DNA of 64,000 nt from Reclinomonas americana ATCC 50394. Lineage: Eukaryota. The stretch's first letter is position 1. Every line of letters starts with the position of its first letter. The position numbers were made by a program, and so were the translations under genes. Positions 36,262-49,537 of the stretch are shown here, piece by piece. Location of the stretch: positions 1-64,000 of the forward strand of contig PS015134.1 in assembly GCA_048213135.1 (NCBI GenBank), read 5' to 3'. The notes beneath the pieces are model-generated. The model did not search any database. It saw only the letters and a list, made by a program, of their open reading frames with translations, and was not told the DNA's origin.

Positions 36262-37556
36262 TCATTCACGATTGGTATTCAGTCGACGAGTGAGTAACGC
36301 AATGATCGCTGCACGCGAAAAAGACCCTGTGTGAGTCACGAAAGACGGAAGAAGAAGAAGAGGAATCGCCGCGGCGTACCTTTGGCCGATCGCTCATCAA
36401 TGGCCTCCAGCAGATGTGCCACCTCGCTGCTGCTGATGCTGCCGCCACCTCCTCCGCCGCCGCCGACTCCTCCTCCGCTGCCGCCTCCACCGCCGCCAGT
36501 GGGACTGGAGAGTGTGTTGCCTGGAGTCAGTGATGAACCGGTGATGGTGCCAGGGAGCCCGGCTGTCGACGGGTCGAGAAGAGCGCCGGCAGAGCTAAGT
36601 GAGCCGACACCAGCAGCGGGAGCTTGCGACTGACTGGCGCCGTCGAGCACGAGGGCGCGCTGCTGGGGGAAGAACGACACGTCTTGCTTGGCCACCTGCG
36701 TCGAGAATTTGGTGAGAATGAAACCGTGGACACAACATTGAAGGAGAACAGCTTGCGAACCAACTCGGCCACATACTGCTCCGTGCCGGTGTAATCGGTG
36801 GGGTCCGTGTGTTGCAAGTACGTCTGGGTGGCAGCAGCAGCAAGAGGTGAGCGACAGAAGCATCAGAAACAAGTACTCTTGGTGCATGAACACAGACCAA
36901 GAAAAATACATATTGCCACATGTTGTGATCGTTGTGAATGTGATCCTCGAAACCTACCACAAGAAACCAGTCAGCGATGGCTGCAAACTCCTCCCACCCT
37001 TCCCCATCCCGCACGAACCGTTGCCAAGTCTCTCAAACACGGATCGAGGCAAGTTGCAAATGAAGCAGCGGGTATCGCGGTCCTCATTGACTGCGTCCTT
37101 TTGGGCACGCAGTTCACCAAACGTGTCGAGAATGATACCTGTGTTGCAACACAGTGAGTGCGCCGGAGTCAACATGTTATCTTACATCGCAAGCCACGCA
37201 CCGAAGATGAGATTCAACGTGACGATCGTAATGATGACTGCACACAGAGAACATTGCAGCGTGAGCTCCAGCAACGACTCGCCATCTAGCATTCTGGACA
37301 TGCGTACGTACAGACTGCGCAGTGCACACAAATATGGGATGAGTGTAACGCGACGCGGCAACAAATGAGCAGCAGAACGACGCACAGAAGAACAGACTGA
37401 AGATGCCAAATCCAACAATGTCGTCGGGTTTGAACAGTTGCTGTGGAACGACAATGCAGCGTGAGCTTGCGATTGGGAATTCAAGGTATATAGAGTTGTT
37501 TGCTCACCTCAAAAAACGACGCGCCACGCAAACTGCACGAAACAACACCGGTAAGG

Positions 37557-37599
<43 letters not shown>

Positions 37600-40500
37600 C
37601 ACCACTGATTTGCCTCGATACGCACCCATAGTTGGCGTAGCTGAAGAAGCACTTGATAAAGGACTCGCACAGGTAGGTCGGACCATCGGGATCGTCCGCA
37701 TTGAGGACGAACACATTGTTGTAGAACAGGAACGTGAAAATCTGCATTGGAGGCAAGTCGAGTGAGGAATGGAGCAAAATTGCCTCCATAGGTAGATGGG
37801 ACTCACCGAAAAGTCGTAAATCAAAAATGTTCCTGCAAGGGAGAGCAGAGAAGCACTGTGAGATCAGGCATGCACAGACGATCGAGCAGCAGTGCACACG
37901 AACCAAGCACTGCAAATCGCACGCGGGCAAAAGGAAAGGAGAGGCAAGGCGTATGAGTTAGTCTGACAACTGGGTACAACGACGGCAGACACACACCAAA
38001 CTGCGCGAAATAAAAGTAAGTAAACTGATGTAATACATGAATTGCCATTGCATAGCCATCGCAACTGTGAGGAACAGCGACCAGAGGTTGCGGGTGACGG
38101 ACCGAATGACGTTCTTCAGCACCTCGAAGCGCGTAATTAATTCAAACAGGTGGAATCTGCACAAACATCGTGAGCAGCGCAGAGCACACAACAGCGATAG
38201 AGCTGGAATGAAAAAAAACGCAACGCATAGAAAAAGTATGACACGGAGAGGCCGAGGATGCTGAATACAACATAGGCCAACTGCAGCGACCAACAAGATG
38301 AGACTCACGGAGTGATTTCATCAGACAAGAGTGAAAACCACGAAACGTGATACAAGAATTCCCCGTCGCGGATGAGAAGCCAGAAGAACTTGCACCAGAA
38401 CACGAATCCACGGCGAATGCTGGAGAACGCTTCCTGCGCGATTGCAAGCACTTGATAAGCAAACGCACACACATGCACCCACATACACACACACATACGC
38501 ACACACACATATACACACACGCACACACTCGCGACAAGACATGACAAGACACGACAGACACAGCACGCAACATCAATCTTTAATGATGGCTGCCATCGGT
38601 TGACCACAGAGACGACGCCGACACCTTGCCAGTACGTGTAAACTGCAAAAAGCAAGCAGGATGAGAAAGTGTTGTGCAAGAGGACAAGTGCGCTTATCAC
38701 GCAACGTAATATCACAGCTAATATGAGTTGCATGATGCCGAGCACCACCATAATCACCGACGTCGAATCGTCACGGAAATCCACAGTGCTGCACGAATTG
38801 CAAGTCGTGAGAACACGCACACGTGCAAAATCTCATCACATATCTACTCGCGTCTTTTCTCCTCTTCTTTCCCCTCTCCCCTTTCCCCTCCCTTCCCCTC
38901 CTCCCCACTTCCGCACGCAACATGGAATCCGCGTCCGGTCGATCCTTTACCACCAGCGTCAACAGCAGAATCAAGTTCATGGCCACGGCCAACCAGAAAC
39001 TGAGCTGCTTGAAGTACCAGTTGAAGCGGTTCAGCGCGTTGAAGAAGCGCTTCCGTTGCAGCTTCTGCCGGTGATTCATGATGCGCATCATGCGGGGGTA
39101 CTCGCTGAGGAGGCCCTCGATCTTGTTGGTCGACGTGTCGCGGTTCACCGTGGCATTGAAGAGGTCCTTGGTGGCCTCCGGCAGCAAGAACGCCGACTCT
39201 GGAATGGGGAAGTAGACGCGTTCCAGGTTGCGGTCACGGACGATCTCCACGCGCCCCGTGAAACGCCTGAACAGCTTCAACTTGGCCATGTCGGCACGCG
39301 TGTCGCTCGCAAACTTGGGGTCCACATCGATGAGCTGCCGCGCGAGCGAGTAGTACTCCATGCCGTACAAGAACTTGGCGTTGTGTGCACTCTGTGACTC
39401 GGGATCGGCAGGATCGGGAGGCTCCTCGATCTTGCCGAGAGTGTAGCGGCGCTGAGGTGTGGAAGGAGGACGCAGAATGAGTGAAAAGGGGGATAAACAA
39501 GCAACAACTCCGTGAAAAGCGTGAGACGCAACGAAAGTGTCGGAGCTGCGAGCCAGAGCATGCAGCGGCGCGTGGATCTCCACCACATGTGGAAGCTACA
39601 CACGGGGTAGAAGATGAGAATAAGAGGCCCAACATGGTATGTACGCGCAGCACTCGACTCCAAACGCAACAATGATATTGCCGCCAATGGCCTCGCGTAA
39701 TACACGCGGAATGTCGGGCAGGTTGCCGCCCTCGGTCATGCTGGCAACGACGACAAGTGCACTCCGCTGTCAATCGAGCGCAATGAGCACAATGCCCCTC
39801 GCATTTCCTCACGTCGGCAGCCACACAAACCAGCAGATTGTACTTGTCGACGTCGTCGCAGTCGTCGTAGGTCTTTTCGAGAATCTTGTTCACAATGAAG
39901 CTCAGCTTGGTCGACGCCAGAGCCACCTGTGCAAACAGAATGAGTCTCTCTCTGTGTGTGTAAGCGCGCGCGTGTGTGTGTGTGTCTCTCTCTCTCACTC
40001 TCACTCTCTCTCTCACTCTCTCTCTCTCTCTCTCACTCTCTCTGTCTGTCTCCCTCTCTCACTCTCTTTCTTTCTTTCTCTCCTACTCTCTCTGACTCTC
40101 TGTCCCTCCCCTTACTGACACAAGAGTGACAAACCTGATTGGGGATGCACGGGCCCTGAATGACTTCGGCCAGCGTGTTGAGGACCTGAATCGCCACCTC
40201 GATATTCGACGCATCAATGTACCGCTCAATGCTGCTCAGATACTGCAGTACCTCGAACACCAAGTTGATCGTTTCAGCGTGATTGCTCTGCACGCGGAGA
40301 TAGTTCTGCAGGCTGTGCGAGAGACAAAGCGTCACTCACGGCACGCTTGTGGTAAGAGGGCGGGGTAAGCGCACGCAACTTGAGGTAGTGGCCCTCGCAG
40401 AAGAGCTGCAAGAAGCGCATCACTTCGCGCACAAAGCCTGTCGCCTGGAAGTCTTCACTTGCAGCCTCCAGCAGGTACTGGGCATCTCTGTAGCGCAGCA

Positions 40501-43500
40501 CGTGAGTCACCAGAGTAACAATCACGTGATCTTGCTCACACACGCAACTCTTCATCGCCATCGTCACCCGCCTCCATCTCCTGCTTGTGGAACTCCAGAC
40601 GTCGATGCAAGGCGCGCTGCTCCTTGATCTCAGCAGTGGCGCGACGAATGCGGTCGCGAACGGAGGTGAAGAACTTTTCGTCGGCAGAGCTCACAAGGTG
40701 CTTGTAGATGGCCTCTTGCACATGGCGGTTGCCTCCGTCCAGCAGCGCAATGCCAAAATCAAGAGCCGCCTTGACAATCGCATCCATGGGCGAAGTGATG
40801 AGCTGTAGGACGAGTACTGCCGCACCAAAGTCACACAGCTTGTTCTGGATTGTGGTTTGCGGAACCGGCACCTCATTGGCCGTTGTGTCCGCCGACCACT
40901 CCAACAAGTGTGTGAGGATGCGCAGGCAGGTGACAAACAAGTCGGTCTCCTGTGCGTGCACGCGTTGATCCGAGCTGCGCACATTTGTTAGCGACAGAAA
41001 ATTTGAGATCTTCCCCCGCACACAAACTGACCTCAACAAGAAAATCAGCTTCTTCGCCTCCAACAAAAAGTCCGGCGACGACGGCTGCACCACTTGTCCG
41101 TGCGAGTCTGTCACAAACACCATGGCCAGGTCGTGGAATTCAGCAGTGGGGTCGCAGCTGGGCAAAGGAACAACACAAGTGAGCCTCCAAGGCATACGAA
41201 CAAGAAAGCTGCGTATCGACGCACCCCTTGGCGATAATCTCAGACAACTGGGTGAACCGGCGCTCCTCGCCCACGTCGGTCAGGTGCACTTGAGTCGTCG
41301 ACGATGCGTCGCTTTGCGATCGCATACCCTCGCCGATTTCAAACGCCTGTCGAATGAGAAACTGTCAAAACGGCGTGCGCTTGCGTGCATGGAGAGATGA
41401 GAGACGCGATCGCAACTCGCTCATTGTGACGCGACGGTGGAAGCGCAGTGCTCGACATGATGGCAGCCATGGCGCTGCTCAGCTCGCGCTGCTCTCGATG
41501 ACCGGTGACGTACGAGTCCAGTGCCACCAGCGCATCGATGAGGCTGAGAGCCACTCGCGGACCGCGTCTGCACGCACCAGTCGTGAACACACATGTGGAA
41601 GACAGGCACTCACGCGCAGCACCCCACGCAACGGATCCGATTTCCAGTCCATTCTGTCGTCCGTGCACAGGGAGGCAACCAACGGCAACATGCGCTTGAA
41701 CAGGTACTTGCGGTAGTGACCCAGAACTCGCTCACGCTCCGTCGCGTCGGTTGGCACCAGAGAGGGATCTGAGTGGCAAAAACTTTAACATGTGCGCTGG
41801 ACAGCCGCGATGGAAGAAAGTCGCTCACCAAAGGGAGGTGCGTCACGCAAGGCAGCCTCGGCGTCGGCGTTACGCGGCTGCAGCGCCATGAAGAATTGCA
41901 CATCGCGGATCAACGACTCGAGCAGCTGGCCCACAGGTCCAGCGCAAGAGAGCAACGCCGATCGTTGCTCGACATTGACGTACACCTCAAAAATGAAGAA
42001 CACCAGTGCACTCTTGACCTCGATAATGCACCCAGGCTCCACTGCCATGTCGATGGCCACATCGAGTGGCAGCAAGCTCTGGCACTTGACTTCGACCTGT
42101 CGCCAGCGGAAATCTGCTCAGAAAGGAAGCACAATCACTCTTACTGGCGACGCGAAAGCACTCACCAAATGTAGCCTGCCCAGCGAGCACATGGCAAGCG
42201 TCTCGAGCAATGAAATGTGGTACGCCAGTGGACTCTCCTCCGCGTGTGTGATGTGATTGCGCGCCGCCATGAGCTGCAACCTGCACGCCCCCATCATGTT
42301 AGCTGACAGGATAGGGAGAGAGACACGCCCCAGTCAGAAAACACACCGTCGTGCGCGCTCTTCCGGCGTGTTGAAGAGGATCATGGTCTCGTGCTCTCGC
42401 TCAGTCAGCATCTTGATAACCAGCTGCTGGTTGCGTCGAATGGGCCGCCCGTCGACCACCAGGATCACGTGGAAAAAGTTGGTGTAGCGCTGGTATCGAC
42501 CGCGTTCGACAATCAGCGTGATAAAATGCCGAATGTACTTTTCCTTGATGCTGCTGCACAGTACGCGATTGTTGCGGTAGATTTCCTCAATGTGTTCGGC
42601 GGCCTTGAGCTTGACACTGTTCAGCGGCAGTGAGCGCGCACAGAAAGCAGGAAAAGAGAAAGGCGAGGCCAATGTCACAAACCCCATTTGTGACAGGTAC
42701 AGTTCCATCTTGATCGCACATCGGCGCTGGTTTGCACGGTTCTTCCGCACAAACTGCGATGGAAGAAGACGCGAGGTGAGTATGAACTCACGGTCCATGT
42801 CTCTCATATTCACGACGCAACGTGCTTCAGCGCCTGGTAAATCGCCAAGAACAGTCCGCGACGCGACAGCTCCGTCGGCAAGTTGGCAAATGGCAGCTCC
42901 AACAACTCGTGCAGAATGTCGTCAAAGCCGAGGTTGCGCAGAATATTCTGCTTCTCTCGTGCTCCACGCTTCTGCTGCAGCTCTGCGCACGACGCGAACT
43001 AAGTATTTCACACACCGGGCACACACTGCAGCGAAAAACTGACTGAGAAAACAAACCCGCAATGACGGCGTTGCAGAGATTCATCATCTCCACTTCATCG
43101 GCGCTGACGACCTGTGAGCCCTTGGACTGGAGGTTGGAGAGGCGATTCACCATCTCGCGCAGGCGACGATACACGGCCACACTCTCGTCTGTCACCAACA
43201 GCAGCGACGAACGGACTTGCGTGGTGAGCTCGGCGTTCGAGCTGCCAGTGAGCCACATGGTTGTCAGCAATGTTTTCACAGCATGCGTGCTGTCGAGTTG
43301 CGCACCTGAACATGCGAAACAAGAGCTTGAAGCATGCCGTGCGCAGTTTCGGGTACTGGTAATTGCACAGGTACAACAGAATGCTGCGCAGCGAGTCCAT
43401 GTTCCCCAACATGTTGCAGTCCTGCATCGGCGGCGATGAGTGAAAACTACCACCACAATCCTCGGCATGTCGACGCACCTCAAAGAAGCGGTTCATGACA

Positions 43501-46500
43501 TCGCGCGTGACGGCCATGTCGGGTGAGCGTCGAAAAGCGACCAGGAACAGTGCCAGACGCTGGTCAAGGCGAATGTCGAGGAAAAAATTGAGCAAACTCA
43601 CGCATTCGATCTTGCACTTGACAATGACCGAGTTGATCTCGCTGGGGTCGAAGCGGCTGTGCGATGATCCACCAGCTTCGGCAGAACGCTGGGTGCCACG
43701 ACCTGGTCGACAACACGAATGTGAGAGGCGAAGGAAAATAACGTCATCAGCACCCCACAGACCTCCTGCGACCAGCTCGTCGGTACGCCCGTCGAGCAAC
43801 GCAATCACGTCGGCGGCGACCTTGGAAATGTTCATCAGCTGCCGCAGCTGACCCCAGTCGGCCAGCATTACGAGAACGCGAAGAACCTGCGGAGTGTGTC
43901 GGTGAGCGAGTGGAGCGCGACCGAGTGTCTCTCCCACCCTCCTCCGTCGCTCACGCAACACTGAGAATTAGTTGATTGTGCGACGCGCGGCCATAAAACT
44001 GTTGCCGATTCGAGCCGACAAACTCGCACGCAAACGCAAGCACAGCCCGAACACGCTCGTCAATGTCGGCCAGTGACGGCACATTGTCCAGTGCCGGCTC
44101 GTAGGCATTCAGGTCGGCCTCACTCGCAGCCTCAATCAGCGGCGACATCTCGCCGTGGAAGAACGAACGCCGGCTGTGCCGCTTGCTGTGTCGCTTGGAG
44201 GTGTGCGCATGGGGGGCAGCGGCGGTCGCCGAAGATGATTCCACGGGGTGCGGGTGAGACAGCGGCATGATATCCACTGTCGTGCCCGACGATGAGGCCG
44301 ATCCAATCGTGCGCACACCATCGTTGACTTGATCGCCTTGTGCGCTCCAGATCTGCAAGGCGGCGAGGGCGAATTCAGTTACTGTGTAGGAGAGAAGTGG
44401 GCAGTGCAGGGGAGAGACAGACCTGAATGTTGTGAATGCGTGGCGCGACGAAAAACGGATCCACGTCCACAAAGAGGTGCTGAATGAGCTGCACGTAGGC
44501 ACTGCGGAGCTTGGCCGGATATTCTGACGAGCGGGCAATCTCCAATGCCATCTCAAAGGGCACCAGTCCACTGATTATCCGGTGGGCGGCAGGGTTGCGT
44601 TGCTGAGGTGGAAGACGTGCGTGAGAGAGAGAGACAATTCGCAAGAGAGCAGCGCCACTCACCATGCACAGGGCGGCAAACAACTCAATCTGCGCCACGA
44701 GATAGTTGAATACCTCGGACGTCTTGTCGCGGCAAAAATTGACCAATTCGGAGTGGCAGCGAGTGCCGTCGTCCTCCATCCATTGAATGAGCGGGTTGGT
44801 CACCGGCGGCTGTGGAAAGCGCGCAGTGAGACTGGTGCGAATGAACACAGCACAACAGCATCAGCAGCGTCGGCGACGCAGACGCAACCGTCACGTGGTA
44901 CAACAAGTGCGGGCACGCCTGCACAAAGTTCTCCAGCACGTATTGCTGATTCGTGGGCACCACCAGCTTGCCGCACTTGACCAGCATGATGAGGAACTCA
45001 ATGTACCTGCCCAGTGGCAAAGGGAGAAGAAAGGGGAAGGGGGAAGAGGGAAAGAGGAGAAGAGGGGGAAGCGCAGATGAGCAAGACAACAGAGCGAGAG
45101 CTGCTTCTCGAAAAACTCACCGACTTGAACGACCCTTACGCGGCAAGTCCACGTAGAAGCGGAGTGTCTCGGATGACATGGAGTCGAGGAGTGCCCGGTT
45201 GTCACGAAACATCTCAATGAGCAGCTGTGACGTCATGAGGTGGTAGCCGTGCTGACTTTGGATGAATGGGATGTGTGGCACCACCGCTGCGCGGCCACGG
45301 TTCGACTCGCGGACAACGTGGTACAACAGGCGGTAGCTGAGGCGCACGACCTGAGCAATGTGCTGGTATTGTGACAGCAGCATGTCATCCAGGGTGTAGC
45401 CGCGGTCAAAGGGGGTGTGAATCGCCCTCATGCAGCGGTCAACCACCTGGAGAAGAAGAGAGGGAGGGAGGGAAATGATTAGCGAGAGAGATATTGCAGA
45501 GCAACGGAGGAGGAAACTCTTGCCACTAATGCGCAACTCGTCGGTCACGTAGGAGCCGCTGGTTACGCTTGATGGGGACACCCTCGCGCTCCATCGGATC
45601 TTGCACGTGCGACTCGGAGCACATGAAGATCAGGCGAGTGAGAGCCTCCAGCACGAACTGCAGCGACAGTGGACTGCACTCGTGCTGCTGGCGATGCGGG
45701 AACTGCATGGTGGCGGTTTCGCGGTGAGGGTGGCGGCTTTCGCTCGTTTCCACTGAACAGAACACACCTGACGAACAAAGTTGTCGAGCTCGGCGAGCAG
45801 CGACGTGGCCTGGTGCAGAGACGACACATCGAGGGTGGACGCCAGCACGACGTAGAATGCGTCTTCGTCGGGTCGCACAGTGGTCAGGGAGAGCAAGTGC
45901 GGCTTCTTCTCGGTTGTATCGTAGCCGATGAGTTGGGAGAATCGCGCCGCTCGAGTGGCCTCGTCGCTGCGTCGTTTGAGAAGGGGCGGGTGAGGTGAGT
46001 ATCGTGAGGGGGAGGAGGACGCACAATGAAACTCAACTCTGCCTCCTGCTCTTGCGCCTGCGAGCAGAGGAAGAAAGTCGATCGCTTGTGTCGCAAGCGC
46101 AGGTACGACTCGACGGGAATGAAGCCCTCGCTCTGCAAATATTGAATCAATAATACGGGAGCAACCATGGAATGACGCCTCGAGATGTCACCGACCTGGA
46201 AGAGCGGAAGGAAAACAAATAGAGTGTCGGGATCGTTGCGGTTGGCCGTCATGGTGACAATCGGACGCGCTGCTGCCAGGCGATGCAGCGGATTTTGACC
46301 TGAAAAATCACACAGCGAGTGAGTGACTGAGGACTGCTCTCTCATCAGCTTACATGTTGACTTCTTCACGACTCAACTGACAGTGGTGCGACGACCGAGT
46401 CGACTGAGCACTGCGCAGGCATCGTAAACACGTACACGGTGAGTCTTGCGCGATCGGAAAGAAGAGAACGTCATCGACATGTGCACGAACATCGCTCACT

Positions 46501-48702
46501 CGCACTGCGAGCTGGAGCGGTGAGGCGGGACAGCGCGGACTGAGCGCGCGAACCGATGCCTGATGATGCTGCAGCTGCCGCTGCCGAGCCCACTGTCACA
46601 GTCGACGCCTCCGACTCGTCCATCATGTCGCTCAATAAATCCTCGTGTGGATCGCTGATCGGTTGCAGAGCGTCGGGATCGGCCTTGAGATACAGGCCAG
46701 TGGCCAAGTGCTTGAGACGGACAGTGGCTTGCCAGGGGGCGAAACCGCCTGCGCAATGTGTGAGAGAGAGCATAGCAGAAAGTGGGGAGGGTGGGCGGTG
46801 GTGGTGACGCACCGCGACTGGCATCGGCCATTTCCACGTCCCACATAAAGTTGACAGACAGCTGGTCACTGCGTTTGCTGAGAGTGGAGGGGCGGATGTT
46901 CACTGCGGCGACGAACAATTAAGAGAGCCGTGATGTGATGGATCAGAGCAAAACAATGCACTGCACCTTCCAGTTGCTCCTGACGATCGTCGGCATTCAA
47001 AAAGCCCTCGAGTTCCTTGTGATACAAGTAAATGACATCACCTGCGACACAGCAAGGTGAATGGAACGAGACCATGAGCAGGAGAGCGCGCAAACACAAC
47101 GTACCAGCTTTGAGGAATCGCTGCGCCTCACTGGGCACATACGAGGCAAACTGATGCAACGCCCAGCGTGCCGTGGTGGTGGAACCCAGAATTTCGATGC
47201 GACCGTCGGGTTCCTCGAACCGCTCCGTACTCGGCGTCACATACAAGCGGAACTTGCGACTCAACAGCTGCACACTGTCGCCGAGACGAACAGCGTCGCC
47301 TTCCGTGCGCAACTTGGTCGACGGCTCCACCACAAAGGCGCAGCCAGAGTCGCCACTCTCGATCGGAACCAGCCGGGCGCACCCGGACTGCGTCTCCGCC
47401 GCGCGACGCGACACCGACACGAAGCGATCAGAGCGTACGTGCAGCAATTGCAGCGAGGAGCCGTAGGTGACCTTGCGACCGAGCGCACGCTGCGTTTCGG
47501 ACTCGTTCTGCCGCACCTCCGAGTCGCGTTTCAACTGCAGATCCTTCAGTCGATTGTACTCCTCCAAATCGTCCTCGTTGGTGGGCGGCGGAGTGCGCGT
47601 ATAATCAAACGACGAGTCGTACGACGACTGCTCCAGCTCGCGGTGAAAGTGCTTGGCCGCCGAGTACAGAATGGGAGGTAGAACGCGGAAGATGCAGTCT
47701 GCGAGGGGAGTGATGAGAAGAGAGAGGAGGGAGGAGAAGGGGAAGGGCGGAAGAATGGGGAACCTCGAAAGTTGGCCGGCAAGTTGCCTTCGTGGCCCTC
47801 GCTGATCGCGACACGAATGTCGACAATTCTGGGAGCGCTCGTGAGTCCACTCCATAAGCATCGAGACGAAATGCAAGTCGACATTGCTTACCCTTGAGTG
47901 CTGATGTAGCCCTCGACCAATTGCGTCTTGATCTCGTGACTGCAGTGCAAGCTGATCAAGTCTGCGATCAAAAAAGGGGGGGAGAGGGAGGAGGATGAGC
48001 AAGGGAAAGTGAGTGTGAGAGGATCCGGAGGGGGAGGAGGAGGAGGAGGAGGAGGAGGAGGAGAAGAAGAAGAAGAAGGAGAAGAACGAGGAGGAAGAGG
48101 AAGAACAAGAGAACGGAGGATGAGGAGGAGAAGAAAGAAGAGAAGAAGAAGGAAGAGAAGGTGGAGGAAGAGGAAGAATGGAAGAACGGAGTCCAGATCA
48201 ACGCATGCACACTCATGATCTCTCTCTCTCTCACACACACACATCACTCACTCATACACGCACACACTCATCACTCACTCACACACACACTCACTCACTC
48301 ACTCATACAGCATTCAGTCATGATCTCTCTGCATCACTCACTCACTCTTTGCCCCTTCCCTCTCTCTCCCTTCTCTCTCTCTCTCCCTACTCTCCCTCTC
48401 CCTCTCTCACACACACTGCACCTCCATAGCTCAAGAACTCCTCCGGCTGCGTGTCCGCGCGCAATGCATCCTCCACTGCGCCTCCACTTGCCACTTGACC
48501 AACGCCCAATGAGGCAAGCACAGTGGAGGCAGGAGCGGAGGAGGAGGAGGCAGGCAATGCACTGCAGAGTGTGTGAGAGAGTGAGACGACATGTCACACT
48601 CTTTCTCTTTGTGTGTGTGTGTGTTGCTTACCCGCGCAACACGGATGGTCGCGGTAGTTGCTCGCTCGTGGCCACGACTGTCGCCTGTGATGGGCGACTC
48701 AT
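36262..48702 (-). CDS. ITPR: Inositol 1,4,5-trisphosphate receptor family Ca2+-release channel, full length, many exons
   Basis: FLSYGDLISL..EGYISTQG, DCIFRVLPPILYSAAKHF, VTYGSSLQLLHVRS, MIR-type VRLKHLATGLYL, RNQRLLRD, LIEMFRDNRALL, RIH region FLQLFCEGHYLKLQNYLRVQ, TLAEVIQGPCIPNQ, GRVEIVRDRNLERVYFPIP, TM region LKNVIRSVTRN, LNLIFGIILDTFGELR, CFICNL..HIHNDHNMWQY..DYTGTEQYV. Confidence 0.96.
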
Positions 48703-49537
48703 GAATGGCCCTCTCTCACTCTCTCTCTCTCTCTCCTTTGTTGATTAGACAATGTGTGTCCGTCCGCGCGCGTGTCCGAACATTGACTTTTTCTTGGACT
48801 CCTCCTCTCCACACAGTCTGTGTGTTGCTGCTCTGTGTAGTGCTGCCCACGCAAGAGCACGCTTTGTGTGAGGCTTGCTGGGAGACGCATTGAAACCGCG
48901 GCACTGATTGTATTTGTTCGAAAACTTGATATGTTGTGATCATGATCGACGTCGCGCGTCTTTCACGACCGTGGGAAGCTGCACTGTGAAGGACAAGTAC
49001 AGAGGTGGTGCGAGGTCTCAATTATTGTGCAGACGGGGAAAGCAATCGAGCTCGAGAACACAACCTCCGCGCCAAGAAATCCTTTTGAGGCCAAACCGCG
49101 TTTGATTGGCTTTGCCTCCTGAAAGGGAAGAGGTCTCTAGGAGAAGAGCGTGCGCCTATATTATTGGTGTGCCAAGGTCAGTGTTGGCAAGCTTGTCGCA
49201 CAATTGCAATTCGTGTAAAGCTTCGAAGTGATGTGTCCTCTCCTGAATAGGTGTGCTTCTGCTCGCCGCTTCCTTCCTCCAGAGAGAGAACCACTTGGTG
49301 GTGTAGATGGAGGGTTGCAGTCGATCGGCCTAGGCCTCGACCTCGACGTACGTCGACGTCGACATGATCATTATCGTCGACGTTGACTCTTGCCGCATAT
49401 GCATTTGAGAGGCATCAGCCACCTCCGATGATGAACTCCAGCACCGTGTGATGGGCGGTGACTGCCACCATGTGTGAAGTGCTTGCAAGAGAAAGAGAGA
49501 CATGTCCCACAATACAAGCATTTCTCCGTGAGCGTGC

